Shown here in pieces: positions 39,462 through 49,714 of a stretch of DNA of 64,000 bases. Below the pieces are notes generated by a model. The model was given only the letters and a program-made list of their open reading frames with translations. It did no database searches and had not been told where the DNA came from. The position numbers were made by a program, and so were the translations under genes. This DNA is from Methanothrix sp. (GTDB lineage: Archaea > Halobacteriota > Methanosarcinia > Methanotrichales > Methanotrichaceae). Position 1 is the first letter of the stretch, and every line of letters begins with the position of its first letter. Location: positions 640,001 through 704,000 of the forward strand of contig OY821645.1 in assembly GCA_963682135.1 (NCBI GenBank), written 5' to 3'.

Positions 39462-41053
39462 GTGCGAGCAAAAAGCATGATACCTGAACTCTTGCGCGAA
39501 ATTGTAGCCAAAGGCGAAAGCCAGAATGTGGAGTTCAAGGGCGAGGAGAGGGCAGTCCTGTCAGATTCGGCGCTGGTCGAAGCAGTCATCTGCCTTGCCA
39601 ACCGATCCGGAGTGGAGCCGGGATGGCTACTGGTCGGCGTGGAAGACGATGGCCGCATTACCGGTTCCAGGCCGCGCCACTCTGGAGAAAAGACCGATAC
39701 ATACCGTGTTTCAGCTCTCATCGCAAATCGCACCCGTCCCTCTCTGGCCTACGGGTAGAGATCGTCGAGATGGATGGTCTGACGGTTCTTGTTGTCGAGG
39801 TCCCCACATCCCGAACGCCGGTGAGCACTCCGGAAGGCAAGTATCAGCGCCGGGCGATAGGAGGCAAGGGAAACCCAAGTAGCATGCCCTACATCCTCCC
39901 TGAGATGCTCGCCCGCCAGGCAGACCGGGGAATACAGGATTACTCCGCTCTGGTGGTGCCCGATGCTTGCTGGGAGAGGATCTGGACCCTCTGGAGTTCG
40001 AGCGGTTTTAGGAGAATGATACGCGAGAGCCGGGGAAGAAGCAATGCCGCCCTGGCCGATCTCCCCGACCAGGAGATAGCCAAGGCCCTTGGCGCAGTAG
40101 AGGCGAATCACGAGGTCTCTGCGGCTAGGGTTCTAGGACTTTTGCTCTTCGGAAGAGAGGACGCAATCCATCGCTACCTTCCCACTCATGAAGTGGCTTT
40201 CCAGGTTCTTTCCGATACAAGGGTTGTAGTCAATGAGTTATTCAAGTGGCCGCTCCTGAGAATAATGGAGGAGCTATTGTCCCGGCTCCAGGCCAGGAAT
40301 CAAGAAGAAGAGCTGATGGTGAACATCTTTCGCATTGGAATTCCTGATTACTCAGAGCCAGGCTTTTCGTGAGGGGATGGCCAATGCCCTGATTCACCGC
40401 GATTACTCCCGGCTGGGGGCTGTGCATGTGCAGTGGCACGAGGACTGGATTGAGATCTCCAATCCGGGCGGCTTTCCGGAAGGCGTCAGGCTGGATAACT
40501 TGCTGGTCACACCACCCAGGCCACGCAATCCCTCTCTTGCGGATGCCTTCAAGAGAGCCGGAATCGTGGAGCGCACTGCCAGAGGCATAGAGGGAAAGCA
40601 AACCGGGATTTCGTGCGGCTGGTAGTGGAAGAGAACCAGGCAGGCCGGCCCTTCCGGCTGGATGATTTGCTCTTGCTTAACCAGTTGTGGCTGGAGCGCC
40701 ACTTGGCGGTTTCGGAAGCTGCTTTAGTCATTCAAAAGCCTATTGCAGAGGCGAGATCAATCCTTGAGCGACTGACAGAAAGCGGAATTGTAGATGCCCG
40801 CGGAGAAGGCAAGAATCGCTCGTACCAGTTCTCTGCTCACACCTACAAGAGATTGGGTCAGGAAGCTGCATATGTGCGACAGCGAGGCTTTGAACCGGTT
40901 CAAGCAGAGCATATGGCTCTCCAGTATGTGAAGGCTTATGGGAAGATCACACGCAAGCAGGCAGCAGAGCTATGCAAGATCTCCTCAACACAGGCACGTG
41001 ATCTTCTGAGTCGGCTGGTGAAAAAAAGGAGTTCTGGAAATGCATGGCAGTAA
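39462..41053 (+). pseudogene. AlbA_2 (Schlafen-like) + HATPase_c_4 + wHTH protein, frameshifted
   Basis: GESQNVEFK, LVGVEDDG; REGMANALIHRDY, SNPGG, RNP.LA spread over four ORF fragments. Confidence 0.85.
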
Positions 41054-41167
41054 GAAAGATGCCAATTATGCGGATGCGTCCAAAAATATGGATGGGTTCA
41101 AATAGGATTTGGATGCATTCAAAAAAGAACTATATAATTCGTTAAAACGGGACTTTTTCAACTCTGT

Positions 41168-42091
41168 CTAAAGCAACTCGATGTGAGGTCTTAATGCGGC
41201 TTCCAAGCGCATCATTTCCGCTACCATAGCATTTTGTATCTCGTTCCATTTCTCTTTGTCCTCGCGGTAGCCTCCTATTTCTAAAGTTTTCATTATCCGA
41301 CATGCTTTTTTGTCATCTAAGCGATGCCATTCAAGTTCGGAGCCAAAATCTACTTCTATTTTGGCTTTATTTTCGCTAATATGATCATATATATTTTTGT
41401 TTTTCCTTTTATTTCCGCCATCTATATACAGCTCGACTTTTGCAGCATGCATAAGAATATCGTACTGGTAATATAAGCCAGCTTTACCAGCACTCACGCT
41501 TACGTAACTGCCTGAGTATGGCGAAATCTTTGCATGCAAATCTGTTTTAGTCGATGCATATTTGAGAAAGGAATCCCAAAATTCGTAGCGAATCTTGTCT
41601 CGCTCAGGGGTATTGGGCTTTTCAATTTCCTGATTCTTTCCTACAATCAGAGTCAATAGAGGTGCATGGTTTGATTCATCAATTTTAATTGCTTCCAATT
41701 TAAATAAATAAAAATAAGCATTTGTAGATTCGTTAAGCCAATTAATTGCTTTTATATGTTCAGGCCTTGGATATGAATTGATCCAAATTGCATTTTTGGC
41801 GCCAAAGGATGTCAGGTACGTGATCAACTTCCCAAGATGATCGTGATCACTCTGTTCGAGCTGATTTTCGATAACAACTATATCTCCTGAATCTGCCTTT
41901 GCAACCATATCTACAGAAAAATCGCCTGCATCCTGTTCAATTTTTGCCTCTGACAAATAAATGTCGATTTCTTCATGCTCCAAAACTTCATTGAGAACAT
42001 CGATGTGATCTTTAAGCCACGGCGTAAAATTCTGTGCTTCATCATCCCAGACTTCGCGAAGTGGAACTCGCTCCAGCTTTCCTATCCTCAA
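41168..42091 (-). CDS. DUF4268 protein with N-terminal PD-(D/E)xK nuclease-like domain
   Basis: LREVW.DEA..FTPWL, VD...IENQL..SDHDHLGKLITY. Confidence 0.88.
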   Translation of the reverse strand: MRIGKLERVPLREVWDDEAQNFTPWLKDHIDVLNEVLEHEEIDIYLSEAKIEQDAGDFSVDMVAKADSGDIVVIENQLEQSDHDHLGKLITYLTSFGAKNAIWINSYPRPEHIKAINWLNESTNAYFYLFKLEAIKIDESNHAPLLTLIVGKNQEIEKPNTPERDKIRYEFWDSFLKYASTKTDLHAKISPYSGSYVSVSAGKAGLYYQYDILMHAAKVELYIDGGNKRKNKNIYDHISENKAKIEVDFGSELEWHRLDDKKACRIMKTLEIGGYREDKEKWNEIQNAMVAEMMRLEAALRPHIELL

Positions 42092-42187
42092 TGCAATTCA
42101 CCTTCTACAAAATCCACTTAACAAAGTGCTTATGCGCCCTAATTATAAGCATTTCGACTTGATTCCCGAAATTTGATAAAAATATCA

Positions 42188-42305
42188 CGCTGAGGGTGAG
42201 ATTTGAACTCACGAGATGCGTCGCATCACTGGTTTGCTCGTCCCGCCCTCCGGATGGAGAGCAGTACCTCAAGACCAGCGCCGTAGGCCGCTTGGCTACC
42301 TCAGC
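42188..42305 (-). tRNA. tRNA-Ser(UGA) with 33-nt intron at 37/38 (42235-42267)
   Basis: Acceptor GCTGAGG/CCTCAGC, G73, long variable arm GATGCGACGCATC, GTTCAAATC T-loop, bulge-helix-bulge CUUG/CGAG. Confidence 0.93.
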
Positions 42306-42386
42306 TCAGCCTGACTTCTTTGCACCATTAGCTTTTAAGCCTGACGATTCGATAATCTTAATATCCTTCACAGCCATTTTTCTCTG

Positions 42387-43625
42387 ATGCTGATAAAAGA
42401 CGTCTCCATTATAGAATCTGGACAATTGCAGCCTGGCCGGGACATCCTCCTCGACGGTGGCAAGATCACCAATGTAGGCCGTGACCTCAGGGATGAGAGC
42501 GATGACGAGCCGATCGACGGGCGGGGAAAATTGGCCATCCCCGGCCTCATCAACGGCCATACCCACCTGGCCATGACCCTCCTGCGCGGCTACGCAGACG
42601 ACATGGAGCTGATGCCCTGGCTGCAGGAGAAGATCTGGCCTCTGGAAGCCAAGATCAATGAGGAAGACGTTCGCTGGGGAGTGAAGCTGGGCTGCCTGGA
42701 GCAGATTCGCTTCGGCATCACCTGCTACAGCGATATGTACTACTTCCCGGATGCTACCGCCCAGGCCACAAAAGAGATGGGCCTGCGCGCCTTTCTCTCC
42801 GGCGTGGTCTTCGATATGAAGCCGGAGCTTCTCGGTCAGGTGGAGCCTTTCATCCGCCGCTGGAAGGGAGACGAGCTGATCACACCCGCTGTGGGCCCGC
42901 ATGCTGCTTACACCTGCTCAGAGGAGACGCTGCTAAAGGCAAAGGAGATCGCCGACCGGCATGATGCTATGATTCACATCCACCTCTCTGAGACCCGCGA
43001 GGAGGTGGACGGATTTCTGCTCTCCAAAGGCAAAAGCCCGGTAGAGTACCTGGACTCACTGGGCCTGCTAAACTCCCGCCTGACAGCGGTGCACTGCGTT
43101 TGGATCTCTCCGGAAGACTGCGATCTTCTGGCTGAGAGGAAGGCCAATGTGGTGAGCTGCACAGAGAGCAATCTCAAGCTGACTTCAGGCATCGCACCGC
43201 TCAATACTATGATGAAAGCTGGAATAAACGTCTGCCTGGGCACTGACGGCGCTTCCAGCAACAACAACCTGAGTATCTTCGAGGAGATGAAGACCACCGC
43301 TATCGCCCAGAAGAATGCTTACCACACTCCTGCCGCATTCTCAGCAGAGCAGATCTGGCGCATGGCCACAGAGAATGCCGCTCGAGCCTTTGGCCTCAAC
43401 CTGGGGCTTCGCCCCGGCGCTCTGGCCGACCTGGCTCTCATCGATCTGAAAAAACCCTGGTTCTGGCCGCAGAGCAATATTATTTCCCACCTGGTCTACA
43501 GCATGTCCGGAGGCGTGGACACAACCATCGTCAACGGTAAGGTGCTCATGCAGGGTGGGGTGATACCGGGCGAGGAGGAAATCTTGGAGAAGGCCCAGGA
43601 GCGTTTCCTGCGTCTGACCTCTTAG
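42387..43625 (+). CDS. mtaD: MTA/SAH (5'-deoxyadenosine) deaminase-like amidohydrolase
   Basis: PGLINGHTH, GPHAAYT, HIHLSET, GTDGASSNN. Confidence 0.8.
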   Translation: MLIKDVSIIESGQLQPGRDILLDGGKITNVGRDLRDESDDEPIDGRGKLAIPGLINGHTHLAMTLLRGYADDMELMPWLQEKIWPLEAKINEEDVRWGVKLGCLEQIRFGITCYSDMYYFPDATAQATKEMGLRAFLSGVVFDMKPELLGQVEPFIRRWKGDELITPAVGPHAAYTCSEETLLKAKEIADRHDAMIHIHLSETREEVDGFLLSKGKSPVEYLDSLGLLNSRLTAVHCVWISPEDCDLLAERKANVVSCTESNLKLTSGIAPLNTMMKAGINVCLGTDGASSNNNLSIFEEMKTTAIAQKNAYHTPAAFSAEQIWRMATENAARAFGLNLGLRPGALADLALIDLKKPWFWPQSNIISHLVYSMSGGVDTTIVNGKVLMQGGVIPGEEEILEKAQERFLRLTS

Positions 43626-43668
43626 TACTGTCAGGCCTAATTGATGCCATCTTCATGAGTCGGACCGC

Positions 43669-45219
43669 TCAATCCGATATCGCCTTCTTTCGCAGCAGGC
43701 GATTGTAGGCGATGGCAAATCTGTGCGCCTCATCTCTGATCTCCTGCACAAAGAGAGAGGCTTTTTCATTCTTCCGGATCAAAAGCGGCCCGTCCAGTCC
43801 GGGCACATAGATCTCCTCCTCGCCCTTGGCCAGAGAGATGATGGGAATCTTCAGCCTCAGCTCTCGCAGCACTGCCAGAGCCGAGGAAAGCTGCCCTTTG
43901 CCCCCATCGATGACAATGAGGTCCGGCATATCCTGTATCTCTTCCTTGAGGCGAGAGTAGCGTCGCAAAACGATCTCCGCGATGGAAGCGAAATCATCTA
44001 TTCCCTGCACGCTCTTGATCTTGAAGCGCCTGTAATTGCTCTTGTCCGGCCTGCCTCCCCGAAACTGCACCATGGAGCCCACGGAAAAGGTGCCTGCCAG
44101 ATGCGAGATGTCGAAGCATTCAATGACCTGAGGGGCCTTGGGAAGATGCAGCACCTCCGCCAGGGCCTGCACCTTCATTCGGTCTCCAAAGAAGCCGATA
44201 TCCAGATTCTTTCTGGCCAGCTCCAATAGCTCCTTCTTTTCACCCTGCTTGGGAACGGTGACGTGTACCTTCTTTCCTTTGACGTGTGAGAGAAAATCCA
44301 CCAGAGACTCATCCAACGGCTCATCGAGGATCAGCTCCTCAGGAGGCTCCCTTTCCGAGTAGTACTGCACCAGAAATTCCTCCAGGAAGTTGTCGCTCTG
44401 GGCAAAGACGAAGTCCTCTTTTCCTTCCAGAGTGCCATGGTAAACCTTGAAGAGCATGAGAAAGACGCTGGAGCCATCTATCTGATAGCTAATAACATCC
44501 TGATCGTACTTGCGGCTCTTCTCTACCTGCTGGCGCTCCTGCAGGTGCTGCAAAGCTGCTATTTCATCACGCAGCTCTATGGCTCTCTCGAATTCCTGAC
44601 GAGCGGAAAGCTGTGTCATCTCTTTCTGCAAAGATTCGACCAATTCCCCGGTTTTGCCTCCCAGGGCCGAAGCGGCTTTTTTTACCCTGGCCAGGTAGTC
44701 TGCTTCAGCTATCTTTCCCAAACACGGGCCGGTGCAGTGACCCAGATGGTAGCGCAGGCATGCACGTTTGGGCAGCCTTTTGCAGGTGCGCAAACCAAAG
44801 GTCTTGCGAAGAAGCTGGTAGACGAATGTCCTCTCCCGAGCGGAGGTGAAGGGGCCGAAGAAAGAGCCTTTGCCGGCGGCTTTGCGGGAGACTCTGATGC
44901 GCGGGAATTTCTCATCAGTCAGCTCAATACAAGCATAGCGGGAAGAGTCTTTGAGCTTGATGTTGTAGCGGGGCTGATGCTTCTTGATGAGAGTGTTTTC
45001 CAATAGCAGCGCTTCAACCTCTGTGTTGGTGACGATGAACTGCAATCCTTTTGATGCCAGGACGAGAGCCTTTGTTCTGGGTCCGTGGTCCTGCTTCTGG
45101 AAATAATTGGAGACTCGCTTCTTGAGATCTCGGGCTTTGCCAACATAGATCACCTTGCCCTGGTCGTCCGTGAATAGGTAGCATCCGGGATTATGAGGAA
45201 GAGAGTCGAGAGAGATCAT
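43669..45219 (-). CDS. uvrC: Excinuclease ABC subunit C (lacks C-terminal HhH)
   Basis: GIY-YIG PGCY...YVGKA, IECFDISH, IDGGKGQ, RDEAHRFA. Confidence 0.95.
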   Translation of the reverse strand: MISLDSLPHNPGCYLFTDDQGKVIYVGKARDLKKRVSNYFQKQDHGPRTKALVLASKGLQFIVTNTEVEALLLENTLIKKHQPRYNIKLKDSSRYACIELTDEKFPRIRVSRKAAGKGSFFGPFTSARERTFVYQLLRKTFGLRTCKRLPKRACLRYHLGHCTGPCLGKIAEADYLARVKKAASALGGKTGELVESLQKEMTQLSARQEFERAIELRDEIAALQHLQERQQVEKSRKYDQDVISYQIDGSSVFLMLFKVYHGTLEGKEDFVFAQSDNFLEEFLVQYYSEREPPEELILDEPLDESLVDFLSHVKGKKVHVTVPKQGEKKELLELARKNLDIGFFGDRMKVQALAEVLHLPKAPQVIECFDISHLAGTFSVGSMVQFRGGRPDKSNYRRFKIKSVQGIDDFASIAEIVLRRYSRLKEEIQDMPDLIVIDGGKGQLSSALAVLRELRLKIPIISLAKGEEEIYVPGLDGPLLIRKNEKASLFVQEIRDEAHRFAIAYNRLLRKKAISD

Positions 45220-45426
45220 GCTTTGCAGAAAGACAGTGGTTTCCGGCTATTTTACTGTAACTGAAGGGGAGTATGAGCCTTCGGGGCGAAAGGGATTGAC
45301 ACTTGGGAAGGCTCCAAGATATCACTTGTATTTTTAACTATTTAAGTTTAATTAAATGTGCGCTGAAGCATTCCTTGCTGAAAATAGTCATCATAGTAAT
45401 ACCTATAATCCTGATAGTAATCACAT

Positions 45427-45837
45427 CTAAATCAATTGCACATTAAATGAAGAATTAGCTTTACTGTACAGTTTCTTATCCAAAGTCAATAGAGGGACTT
45501 GCTCTTTTTCTGCCAGGGCTAAAAAGAGGGAATCATAGAAGGACGCTGTAGTAACAATCGAGATATCATATGCCTTCGCCATCATATCCTGCCCTCTGAC
45601 GACATCGCACGCCTCGGAGATAAATGTCTGGCATTTCTGCAGAGCATTGAGAGTTAGATCCCTGTCCATCCCGAATAGAGTCACCTGTTTCCAGGCAACG
45701 TTTCCAACCTCAATCACTGCCAGGTCCAGAGTGATCAAATCCGGTTTGGTGACTGCATCCAGAGCTCTTTGAGAGGCATCCTCTTTGAAAAACATAGCTG
45801 CCAGGATATTTGAATCCAAAGCTACCTTATCAAGCAT
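45427..45837 (-). CDS. PIN-domain (VapC) toxin
   Basis: ALDSN, EVGN, YDSLFLALA, LTLD. Confidence 0.9.
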   Translation of the reverse strand: MLDKVALDSNILAAMFFKEDASQRALDAVTKPDLITLDLAVIEVGNVAWKQVTLFGMDRDLTLNALQKCQTFISEACDVVRGQDMMAKAYDISIVTTASFYDSLFLALAEKEQVPLLTLDKKLYSKANSSFNVQLI

Positions 45838-46054
45838 CTCGATCCTCCCGTATCATCTTTGCAGCACCGATTGCATTGGGCTTTTGATGCTTCCACAGTT
45901 GCTGAGCCTCGGCAAGGAGCCTTTCTTTTTTCTTTTCCCGAACCATTCTCTCCACGGTTTGCTTGATCTCTCCCTGCCAATTGACATCAGACATCTCATC
46001 CATCATCCGGCGTATACGGTCTTCAATGCGAAAGCTATAAACAGCAGTTGGCAT
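45830..46054 (-). CDS. VapB-like antitoxin
   Basis: YSFRI...VNW..EI...IREDRD; overlaps the PIN start. Confidence 0.85.
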   Translation of the reverse strand: MPTAVYSFRIEDRIRRMMDEMSDVNWQGEIKQTVERMVREKKKERLLAEAQQLWKHQKPNAIGAAKMIREDRDA

Positions 46055-46232
46055 AAGATAATGTTTATCCTAAATGTATATATGATTTTTCTGCAGCTCG
46101 CCCGTCGGCCCGTAGCTTCGGGCTGCGCTCTTGGGCCGGGCCGTGCGGACTTGCGGCGATGTTGTAAGGGCGGGCTGGATTGACTGGCAAGCGCTCGTAT
46201 CAGGGGGGCAGGGGCCGGTCGGACCTGAGGGT

Positions 46233-46495
46233 TCATATTAATATTTTTGCCAGTTTTAATTTTATCTCTGGAAGCTCATTTTTAATGGCATCATTCACGA
46301 TCTCCCAGTCCAACCCAAAGTAATGGTGAACCAGCTTGTTTCTCATGCCGATCATCTGTCTCCATGGAATCTCTGGGTGCTCCTTTTTCAAATCATCCGA
46401 GATATTCCTGGATGCTTCTCCAATGATCTCCAAGGATTTACTTTGCAATGAAATCCATCTCTTCAAGGATGTGTCACAGTAGCTCTACATCTTTA
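46233..46495 (-). pseudogene. HepT/DUF86 HEPN toxin, 5' region decayed
   Basis: SLEIIGEAS...HPEIPWRQMIGMRNKLVHHYFG intact; N-terminus has stops and a deletion. Confidence 0.8.
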
Positions 46496-46774
46496 TTCAG
46501 ACCAGATCACATCCTTCTCCACGTAAGGACGGATCCGTTGATGAAGACCCTTGACGGTTACCAGGTCCACCTCTCTTCCCAGGAGATCTTCAAGATAAAA
46601 AGATAGGTTCATGAAGTTTTTAAATGTGGGCTTCTCGAACTCCACCAGTATGTCAATATCGCTGGACGCCTTCTCTTCGCCGCGAGCGAATGATCCGAAT
46701 ATACCGATCCGCCGGACGCTGAATCGAGTCTTGATATCGTTGGCGTGGCTTTTGATAATGTCGAGGATATCCAT
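46493..46774 (-). CDS. MNT (minimal nucleotidyltransferase) antitoxin
   Basis: GIFGSFARGE...SDIDILVEF. Confidence 0.92.
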   Translation of the reverse strand: MDILDIIKSHANDIKTRFSVRRIGIFGSFARGEEKASSDIDILVEFEKPTFKNFMNLSFYLEDLLGREVDLVTVKGLHQRIRPYVEKDVIWSE

Positions 46775-47078
46775 ATTCAACCCATAGAATAGAGATGTTA
46801 CATCCCTAAAAACATTGCCCCTTTTGGTGCAAATGGTGTTTGTATCCGATCTGAGCAGTTCATTCGTGGCTCGTGCCTGCTGCTCGTGGCCTTGGGGCCG
46901 GGCCGTCCGGGGTTGCAGCGATGTCGTCACGGCGGGCAGGAGGCCGGTCGGGCCTGATGACCAGAAGAGCCACCCCGGAGTCAACTGCTTTTTGGGCGCT
47001 GAATTTTGGTAACGGCCGCATTTAATTATTACTATTATCAGAAGAAACTGCGGATCAAAACGCAAAAGGCGCAAAGGA

Positions 47079-47303
47079 TTATGCTACCTCTAACCATTCT
47101 TCGCGACTGATTCCAGATCGTTTTAAAATTTTCTGCAATAGATCCGCACTGATATCGCTGCCATGAGGATTAGGAATACGCGTCTCTACCAGTCCCCTGG
47201 ACATATACTCATGATCTGCTCCGGGATAAGGGCCGACAAATCCCAATTTGCTTAATCGCTTAATCAGTTCACGTCTTGAAACCGGCACAAGTTTATTCGA
47301 CAA
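47079..47303 (-). CDS. HicA-family toxin
   Basis: RELIKRLSKLGF...DH...IPNPH..DI...LLQKILK; TTG start 47303. Confidence 0.88.
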   Translation of the reverse strand: MSNKLVPVSRRELIKRLSKLGFVGPYPGADHEYMSRGLVETRIPNPHGSDISADLLQKILKRSGISREEWLEVA

Positions 47304-47550
47304 TAGCAACCGGCTCCGCAGACGCATTAATAACATAGCCGCCTATTGCAGGTATCGGATGACCCAGTCTCAGCTTTAACGCAATCCAGCCCTCGATAAC
47401 GCTCTGCAGTTCCTTGCGACATTCTTCGAGAGATTTACCTGTAGCCCAAACGCCCTGCAGTTCGGGAACCTCGCCATAATAGGGCTTAGGGTCTTCGATG
47501 ATTTCGTAGGTGGCCCTTTCCATAGCCGCCAAGATGTATTCTCCAAACAT
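47293..47550 (-). CDS. HicB-family antitoxin
   Basis: YYGEVPELQGVWATGKSLEEC. Confidence 0.9.
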   Translation of the reverse strand: MFGEYILAAMERATYEIIEDPKPYYGEVPELQGVWATGKSLEECRKELQSVIEGWIALKLRLGHPIPAIGGYVINASAEPVAIVE

Positions 47551-47985
47551 TATCATGATTATCAGCAGTGATAAGATTATAGTCTTTCGCTTTGCCAGGC
47601 TCCCGCTCTGGCTTGTGGCCGCCGCCCGTGGGCCGGGCCGTCCGGGCTGTGGCGTGGTCGTTAGGACGGACTGGATTGCTTGGCAAGCGCTCGTGTCAGG
47701 GGGCAAGGACCGGTAGGCCCACGATCACGGGTTCACGCGAAGGCGCGAAGCCGCGAAGTTCCGATGAGAAAAGGACAATTTTTCGCCATAGCTCTCGGGC
47801 CGCGTCGGTGGAGTCGTTTCTCGGCAAAGGTCATCCGGGACAGGGCGCCATCCGCCAGGCGGGCGCGCATGTGCACGCGTTCGCACTCGGGCACGGGAGG
47901 CCGGTCGGGCTTGGCATCTGGTTATAATGAACCCTGGATGAGGCAGGTCTCTATTTTGGACAGGCTCATTGTAGATAATGGCGAA

Positions 47986-48183
47986 TTAGTGGACTTCGTG
48001 GTGTGTACCAACTGCTTCAAGCAGAATGATCTCTTCTTGAGTTTCGAAATCTCGCACAAATTCAAATACGATGCGATATTCGAAGTCGACTGCATAAGCC
48101 CAAGAACCTGCCAGATCCCCTTTCAATTTGTGAGTATGAAGAGATGGATGAAGTGCATCGGTAGCGAGCAGTTTTCAGCGCAT
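47986..48183 (-). pseudogene. YafQ/RelE-like toxin, 5'-truncated
   Basis: Manual translation HPSLHTHKLKGDLAGSWAYAVDFEYRIVFEF...VGTHHEVH*; no intact N-terminus. Confidence 0.75.
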
Positions 48184-48185
48184 GT

Positions 48186-48410
48186 TCAATCTAACAAATC
48201 CGTCATCAGGTCTTCAAATGTGCCCCGCTTAGCTTCGCCTCTTTTGAACGCACCTCTCCCCTCTTGAACCTCAGCTACCAGCTCGGCCCGGCGCTTTTCT
48301 ATGATGCGCTTGTTGATCAGCTCCACCAGCATGGACTGATCATCCAGAGGCATTGACTCCACAGCTTCGATTAGATCCTGAAAGCTCAATGAATGCACGG
48401 CACAACTCAT
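48186..48410 (-). CDS. Putative antitoxin
   Basis: Small ORF directly upstream of the YafQ-like remnant; ...FKRGEAKRGTFEDLM. Confidence 0.7.
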   Translation of the reverse strand: MSCAVHSLSFQDLIEAVESMPLDDQSMLVELINKRIIEKRRAELVAEVQEGRGAFKRGEAKRGTFEDLMTDLLD

Positions 48411-48541
48411 TGGAATTCACCATTTCCGAGATCCTTGATTGCTGTTAAAGGAATTGAACCTTTGGGTTTTATGATCGATTCATCATCCATTGCAGTCTTA
48501 TCAGCCCCTCGACTGTGCGTGTGCCTGTTGCATTTGGATTA

Positions 48542-49714
48542 TCAAGGATCTCTTTTTATTTGCTGCATTTTTCTGCAAATATCAGCTTCGTTTTCGGCCC
48601 AGATCACATGAATACCCAATGATAATGCATCTTCTTCAAAAAATCGTTCTTCTTCAGCCTTCAACATCTTCACTGTATCTTCGAAATCAAGGTTATTGGC
48701 AATTTTCTCATCTAACATATCTTTATTAATTTTTAAAAATTTTTTAAAACATTTCCTGCAATCAGCGAGTCTTGGTCGAAGCTGAATGATATTATGAAAT
48801 TCATCATCATTTCTTTCATTTTTTGCAGAATCAAGCAACCTACGCAAATTGGGATCGTTTAAGGAGAGTCCTATTAAGAGACACTTATTTTTAATAAATT
48901 TATCTAATTGAGTCTTATTAGTCCAGGCATTACTCGTATTGTACAAAGCATGATACGCTTCTTCGCTTAGGATTATTCTGTTTTTATTCGTTAGATTACC
49001 ATTTCGGGGCAAGAATCCATGAACATGGTAAATCGGAATAGTTCCGGGTTCTTCTGTTTCGGAATAATATATTGACCTATAGTTCTCTTGATTATCTTTT
49101 TCGAGATAATGCTCCAAAATATCATCATAATTATATGTGATTATGCAATCTAATTTCTTTTGACCACCATCATCTGAACTAAGCCGAATTATCTCGTCCA
49201 ATAATTTCGATTTTTTAGATTTGTTATTTCTATATAATGCACATCTAACAAATTTCTCAAATACTATGCAATCATCATCTTCAAGTCCGAGACTGCTATG
49301 GTGATGAAGATTTCTAGCTAATACCAGCTCATTTCTATTGAACATTTTTAAAAATAATTTTTTAATGAAATATATTCTATCTTCAAAGTCATTTTCACGA
49401 ATATATATATTATTCTGTAATATCTTTAGGAGATCCTTCCAATCAGGCAAGCCGCAGCTTTTAGATACGCCAGCACCTAATATTAGTACTAATTTCTTGC
49501 TATTATATGCTTTGTTAAGTTGTATAAACTGGATTGAATCCTCTGGAGACAAAGGACGATTTGTTCGCCTTTGATGAAAAATTTTAATAATTGTATTTAT
49601 ATCTTGTATTTCATCAAATGTATAATTTCCTAGCTCTCCGAAAGTTATATGACGAAGGTCTTGGAAGGTTACTGAATTGCATTTGTCATCAGGCAATCTT
49701 AGATCATGATTCAT
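48542..49714 (-). CDS. SIR2-like (SIR2_2) domain protein, putative NADase defence effector
   Basis: LGAGVS..CGLPDW, ITYNYDD, HVHG, IGLSLNDPN; visibly AT-rich. Confidence 0.88.
   Translation of the reverse strand: MNHDLRLPDDKCNSVTFQDLRHITFGELGNYTFDEIQDINTIIKIFHQRRTNRPLSPEDSIQFIQLNKAYNSKKLVLILGAGVSKSCGLPDWKDLLKILQNNIYIRENDFEDRIYFIKKLFLKMFNRNELVLARNLHHHSSLGLEDDDCIVFEKFVRCALYRNNKSKKSKLLDEIIRLSSDDGGQKKLDCIITYNYDDILEHYLEKDNQENYRSIYYSETEEPGTIPIYHVHGFLPRNGNLTNKNRIILSEEAYHALYNTSNAWTNKTQLDKFIKNKCLLIGLSLNDPNLRRLLDSAKNERNDDEFHNIIQLRPRLADCRKCFKKFLKINKDMLDEKIANNLDFEDTVKMLKAEEERFFEEDALSLGIHVIWAENEADICRKMQQIKRDP

Larger units (their letters stand above)
46133..47910. repeat. GC-rich inter-cassette repeat family: 46133-46225, 46895-46954, 47630-47720, partial 47796-47910
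   Basis: Shared GGGCCGGGCCGT(G/C)CGG head, CTGGATTG..TGGCAAGCGCTCGT.TCAGGGGG middle (copies 1 and 3), G(G/A)CCGGT(C/A)GG tail. Confidence 0.8.

Noticed and set aside
41068-41130. Three GGATG..T.CAAA repeats as operator sites
   Set aside because: They fall in the likely degenerate coding tail of the AlbA_2 pseudogene (DASK/DGFK/DAFK)
42188-42305. tRNA-Leu or selenocysteine tRNA
   Set aside because: After intron removal the anticodon is UGA (reads UCA, Ser) with G73 and a normal 7-bp acceptor stem
33543-43625. Dedicated nucleobase-salvage island (deaminase, DUF523, amidohydrolase)
   Set aside because: Genes are dispersed, on different strands and separated by unrelated DNA; no evidence of one unit
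46133-47910. Canonical integron attC sites
   Set aside because: No RYYYAAC/GTTRRRY ends or long imperfect palindrome found by eye, and no intI; kept only as an unexplained repeat
47680-48267. 195-aa plus-strand ORF
   Set aside because: Runs across a GC-rich repeat and antisense to the toxin/antitoxin remnants; no coherent protein features
25063-49714. Sir2-HerA defence system
   Set aside because: The HerA-like and SIR2 genes are about 22 kb apart and differ in composition, whereas known systems are adjacent
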